Shown: piece after piece, positions 61,086-64,000 of the stretch | How positions within the stretch are numbered: position 1 is the first letter of the stretch | Layout of the letters: every line of letters begins with the position of its first letter | NCBI GenBank assembly: GCA_963719515.1 | Contig: CAVRCJ010000003.1 | Location: 192,001 to 256,000 of the forward strand | DNA from: an uncultured cyanobacterium | GTDB lineage: Bacteria; Cyanobacteriota; Cyanobacteriia; CAKZMO01 | Length of the DNA: 64,000 nucleotides | Direction of reading: 5' to 3' | Translations under genes and position numbers: made by a program | Notes under the pieces: generated by a model | Seen by the model: the letters and a program-made list of their open reading frames with translations, nothing else | What the model was told of the DNA's origin: nothing | Database searches by the model: none

Positions 61086-62207
61086 ATGCAGATAAAGCTC
61101 AACAAGCGTCAGCGGCATGTCATGTGGGCTACCGTCCGTCGGTACGTTGCGACGGCAAAGCCAGTAGGCTCAGAAGCGCTGCTCGAGGAGTTTAATCTGA
61201 ACGTGAGTTCAGCGACGGTGCGCAACGCCATGGGCCGCCTGGAAAAAGTCGGGCTTTTGTATCAACCCCACACCTCAGCGGGCCGGGTCCCCTCCGATTT
61301 GGGCTACCGGACCTACGTCGACCATTTGCTTAAGCCTTCCGACATGGGGCGTCAGATTGAGCAAGGGCTCTCCCATCAGTTGGGTGACGGGCAGGGAGCG
61401 GCCATGAAGGGCCATCGCCGTAGCCTGGAGGCCCGGCTGCGAGGGGCCGCGCAGCTCTTGGCTCAGCTCAGCGGCTATGTCGCCCTGATTACCTTTCCCG
61501 AGCGCCAGAGCGCCACGCTACGCCACCTGCAGCTCGTTCCCATGGAGAGCAGCCGGGTGCTGCTGATTGTTGTCCTAGAGTCTTACGAATCAGAGTCTAC
61601 GGTCATTGAGCTGCCTTCCCCAGAGGAGATGTCGCCTAATGACATCGAGATTCTAGAGCAAGAGCTACAGATTCTCTCTAACTTTCTCAACCATCGCCTC
61701 AGGGGGCGATCGCTGGGTGAGATTAGCACCTTGGATTGGAGCGAGCTAGGGCGGGAGCTAGAGCGACATGCCAACGTACTGCAGGCGTCTTTTGCCGATA
61801 TTGAGCGGCGCGCCCAGCGAACCTCTGCCAACCATCTTTTGGTCAGTGGGCTAGCGGAGGTGCTGCGCCGTCAGCCTGAATTTTCCGAGCAGCAGCAGCT
61901 GCAGATGATTGTGCAGCTGCTAGAGGACGGGCCTGATCTGCTGCTGCCGATGATCTGCGACATCGTTGAGTCGCCCACTGCAGACGGAATAGGGTTGGGG
62001 CGCAGGGTGGCGGTACGGATTGGTTCAGAGAACCGGCTCCAGCCGGTTCAAGACTGCGCCCTGGTGTTCACCACCTACCAGTTTGGCGAGACGGCGGTGG
62101 GCAGCGTTGGGGTCTTGGGGCCGACGCGCATGATGTATGATGATGCGATCGCTGCCGTGGAGGCAACGGCCAACCATCTCTCTGACGCCACCTCCGACCA
62201 GCGCTGA
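61086..62207 (+). CDS. hrcA: Heat-inducible transcription repressor HrcA
   Basis: PVGSEAL, SSATVRN.M, QPHTSAGRVPSD.GYRTYVD, QPEF, IGSEN, GVLGPTRM.Y. Confidence 0.97.
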   Translation: MQIKLNKRQRHVMWATVRRYVATAKPVGSEALLEEFNLNVSSATVRNAMGRLEKVGLLYQPHTSAGRVPSDLGYRTYVDHLLKPSDMGRQIEQGLSHQLGDGQGAAMKGHRRSLEARLRGAAQLLAQLSGYVALITFPERQSATLRHLQLVPMESSRVLLIVVLESYESESTVIELPSPEEMSPNDIEILEQELQILSNFLNHRLRGRSLGEISTLDWSELGRELERHANVLQASFADIERRAQRTSANHLLVSGLAEVLRRQPEFSEQQQLQMIVQLLEDGPDLLLPMICDIVESPTADGIGLGRRVAVRIGSENRLQPVQDCALVFTTYQFGETAVGSVGVLGPTRMMYDDAIAAVEATANHLSDATSDQR

Positions 62208-62238
62208 TCTGACATGCTGTTTTTTGTCTGGGTGCCCC

Positions 62239-63162
62239 ATGTCTCAACTCAACGCGCCGCGTCCTCTGGGTTCTGAGCCTGCTCAAATTTATGCCTGGCG
62301 CGACTATCGCTGCACCTATGACGTCGTGCCCGAAAGCGACGCTGCCGGCGTCGCCCTGCTGCTCATTCATCCCGTCGGGGTCGGGCTGTCTCGTCAGTTT
62401 TGGTATCCCTTTTGCCAAGCCTGGTCGGACAGCGGGTACAGTGGTTCTCTCTACCTGCCTGACCTGCTAGGGTGCGGCGACAGCAGTATGCCTGCCGTGG
62501 CCTATACCCCAGAAGACTGGGCCGACCAGCTCCTGCATTTTTTAACTACCGTAGTGCAGTGGCCCGTGGTGCTCGTCGTTCAGGGGGCGCTGCTGCCCGT
62601 GGCGATCGCCCTCACTCAAAAGGCCGAGACTACGGGGCTGGTGCGCGGTATGGTGCTAGCCGGCCCTCCCGCTTGGCCCGTAGTGACCACGGAAACCCCC
62701 ACCTGGCAAAATCGTCTGCTGTGGAGCCTGTTTTCTTCTCCTGCGGGGCGGCTATTCTACCGCTATGCCCGCCGCCGTCAGTTCTTAGCGTCGTTTTCTC
62801 AAAAGCAGCTGTTTGCCCGTGCGGCAGATGTCACCGACGATTGGCTCGCCATGCTGGTGGCGGGTGCCGCCGACCCTGAAAGCCGTCACGCCGTGTTTGC
62901 CTTCCTAGCGGGCTTTTGGCGACGAGACTACGAGGCCGACTTAGAATCGCTCACCATCCCAACGCTGGTGGTCATGGGCACGACTGCCTCCAGCATCAGC
63001 CGCTCTGGCAAGTCAGAACTCCCCGATGAGAGACTGCAGCAATACCTCAGCCATCTGCCGCAGGGAGAAGGCGTTCGAGTAGAGGGGCGCAACGTGCTGC
63101 CCTATGAGTCAGCTGCTGAATTTGTCCAAGCGATCGCCCCGTTTGTCCTAGCGCGGCGCTAG
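62239..63162 (+). CDS. Alpha/beta-fold hydrolase
   Basis: LLIHPVGVGLS, PDLLGCGDS, VVQGA, FAFLAGFWR.DY, GRNVLPYE. Confidence 0.88.
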   Translation: MSQLNAPRPLGSEPAQIYAWRDYRCTYDVVPESDAAGVALLLIHPVGVGLSRQFWYPFCQAWSDSGYSGSLYLPDLLGCGDSSMPAVAYTPEDWADQLLHFLTTVVQWPVVLVVQGALLPVAIALTQKAETTGLVRGMVLAGPPAWPVVTTETPTWQNRLLWSLFSSPAGRLFYRYARRRQFLASFSQKQLFARAADVTDDWLAMLVAGAADPESRHAVFAFLAGFWRRDYEADLESLTIPTLVVMGTTASSISRSGKSELPDERLQQYLSHLPQGEGVRVEGRNVLPYESAAEFVQAIAPFVLARR

Positions 63163-64000
63163 GCCTGCCTTACTGCGGCGTGGTTGTGGGGTATGGCACT
63201 AGGGTTTACCGCTTTAGTGCTTATCGCTTCACTGGCCATCGCTTCAGTGTGAGCATCCGTCTCTACGTCATCCTCGATGAAGTCGAAGTCCTCAAAACGA
63301 ATTCCCTCTTTAGACCCCTCACTCAGCTCTTTGTCGGCGTCGGAAACGAGCGCCCCCTGCTGAACGGCATCGAAGGCTAGGTCCTGAAGCTGCTCATAGT
63401 TGAGCTGCGTATCGATGAGAATAGCGTCTTTCAGGTTAGCGCCTTCGACAAAAGCGTACAGCAACCTCGCTCGGGTAAAATTAGCGCTGCGAGCATTGGC
63501 CCGTCTCAAATCGGTGCGCTCAAGGTTAGCCTGCTGAAAGTTCGCGTTGACCAACCGGGCTTGCTTAAGGTTGGTGCCCGTGAACAGGGCATCTGTGCAG
63601 TCTGTGCGGCTGAGGTCAGCGCCCGAAAAGTTTGACTCAACGCAGTCTGCATGAGTGAGCTTAGCGCCCAGCAGAACGCAGCCGGTGAGGTTAGCCGCCA
63701 TCAGCCGGGTGCCGATCAGCCGGGCACCAATTAGCGTAGACCAGCTGAGGTCGGAGCCTGCAAGGTGAGCTCCGATTAAATTTGCACGCGTCAAGTTGGA
63801 AAGACTCAGCCGACACCGATAGAGATTGGTAAAGCTGAGGTCAGTGCGGGTGAAATTGGTGCGGCTCAAATCAAATCCCGATAAATCGAGCTTGGTCAAG
63901 TTGATGCCGCTGAGATCGGGCTGAGTTTGGTAGCGGTCTCGCCACTCGTTCCACAACGGGGCACCTTTAGTCAGCAGAATGAGATGTTCCCAATTTGCCA
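63159..64000 (-). CDS. Pentapeptide-repeat protein (start codon apparently 1 nt beyond the window)
   Basis: Frame open to the edge: (A)TG GCA AAT TGG GAA CAT = MANWEHL..KG..LWNEWR, followed by A(N/D)L repeats. Confidence 0.92.
   Translation of the reverse strand, partial: ANWEHLILLTKGAPLWNEWRDRYQTQPDLSGINLTKLDLSGFDLSRTNFTRTDLSFTNLYRCRLSLSNLTRANLIGAHLAGSDLSWSTLIGARLIGTRLMAANLTGCVLLGAKLTHADCVESNFSGADLSRTDCTDALFTGTNLKQARLVNANFQQANLERTDLRRANARSANFTRARLLYAFVEGANLKDAILIDTQLNYEQLQDLAFDAVQQGALVSDADKELSEGSKEGIRFEDFDFIEDDVETDAHTEAMASEAISTKAVNPSAIPHNHAAVRQA

Larger units (their letters stand above)
1..64000. repeat. HIP1 octamer GCGATCGC dispersed throughout
   Basis: Dozens of occurrences in coding and non-coding DNA (e.g. 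near 963, 1964, 2303, 5789, 7681). Confidence 0.95.

Noticed and set aside
1..64000. tRNA/rRNA genes, IS elements, integrases, defence systems
   Set aside because: No T-loop/cloverleaf signature, transposase, integrase or defence-type ORF recognised; intergenic gaps are short.

Overview
GC-rich cyanobacterial chromosomal segment. The assignment rests on dozens of HIP1 octamers (GCGATCGC) and on cpcT, sigF, hrcA, DUF1400, DUF4079, DUF3352 and pentapeptide-repeat genes. About 47 CDS mix core genes (helY, mnmG, rsmG, rodA, cdsA, ppx, pabB-pabC fusion, hrcA) with accessory signalling and envelope genes. I found no rRNA, tRNA, CRISPR array, prophage or intact mobile element. Most notable: (1) a translationally coupled oxalate--CoA-ligase-like gene plus PanE2-like reductase gene, suggesting oxalate-to-glyoxylate salvage; (2) a secreted protein with four helical repeats divergent from a CusRS-like pair across a Cus-box-like palindrome; (3) a GspC/PilP-like membrane protein directly upstream of a PspA-like (TIGR04376) gene; (4) a GT4 glycosyltransferase that lacks its whole C-terminal domain; (5) a giant phosphatase-like/nuclease protein with a Pho-box-like repeat upstream and Pro-rich repeat insertions; (6) three frameshifted loci and widespread 10-30 bp tandem micro-duplications. 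All family calls come from motif recognition by eye; no database searches were run.
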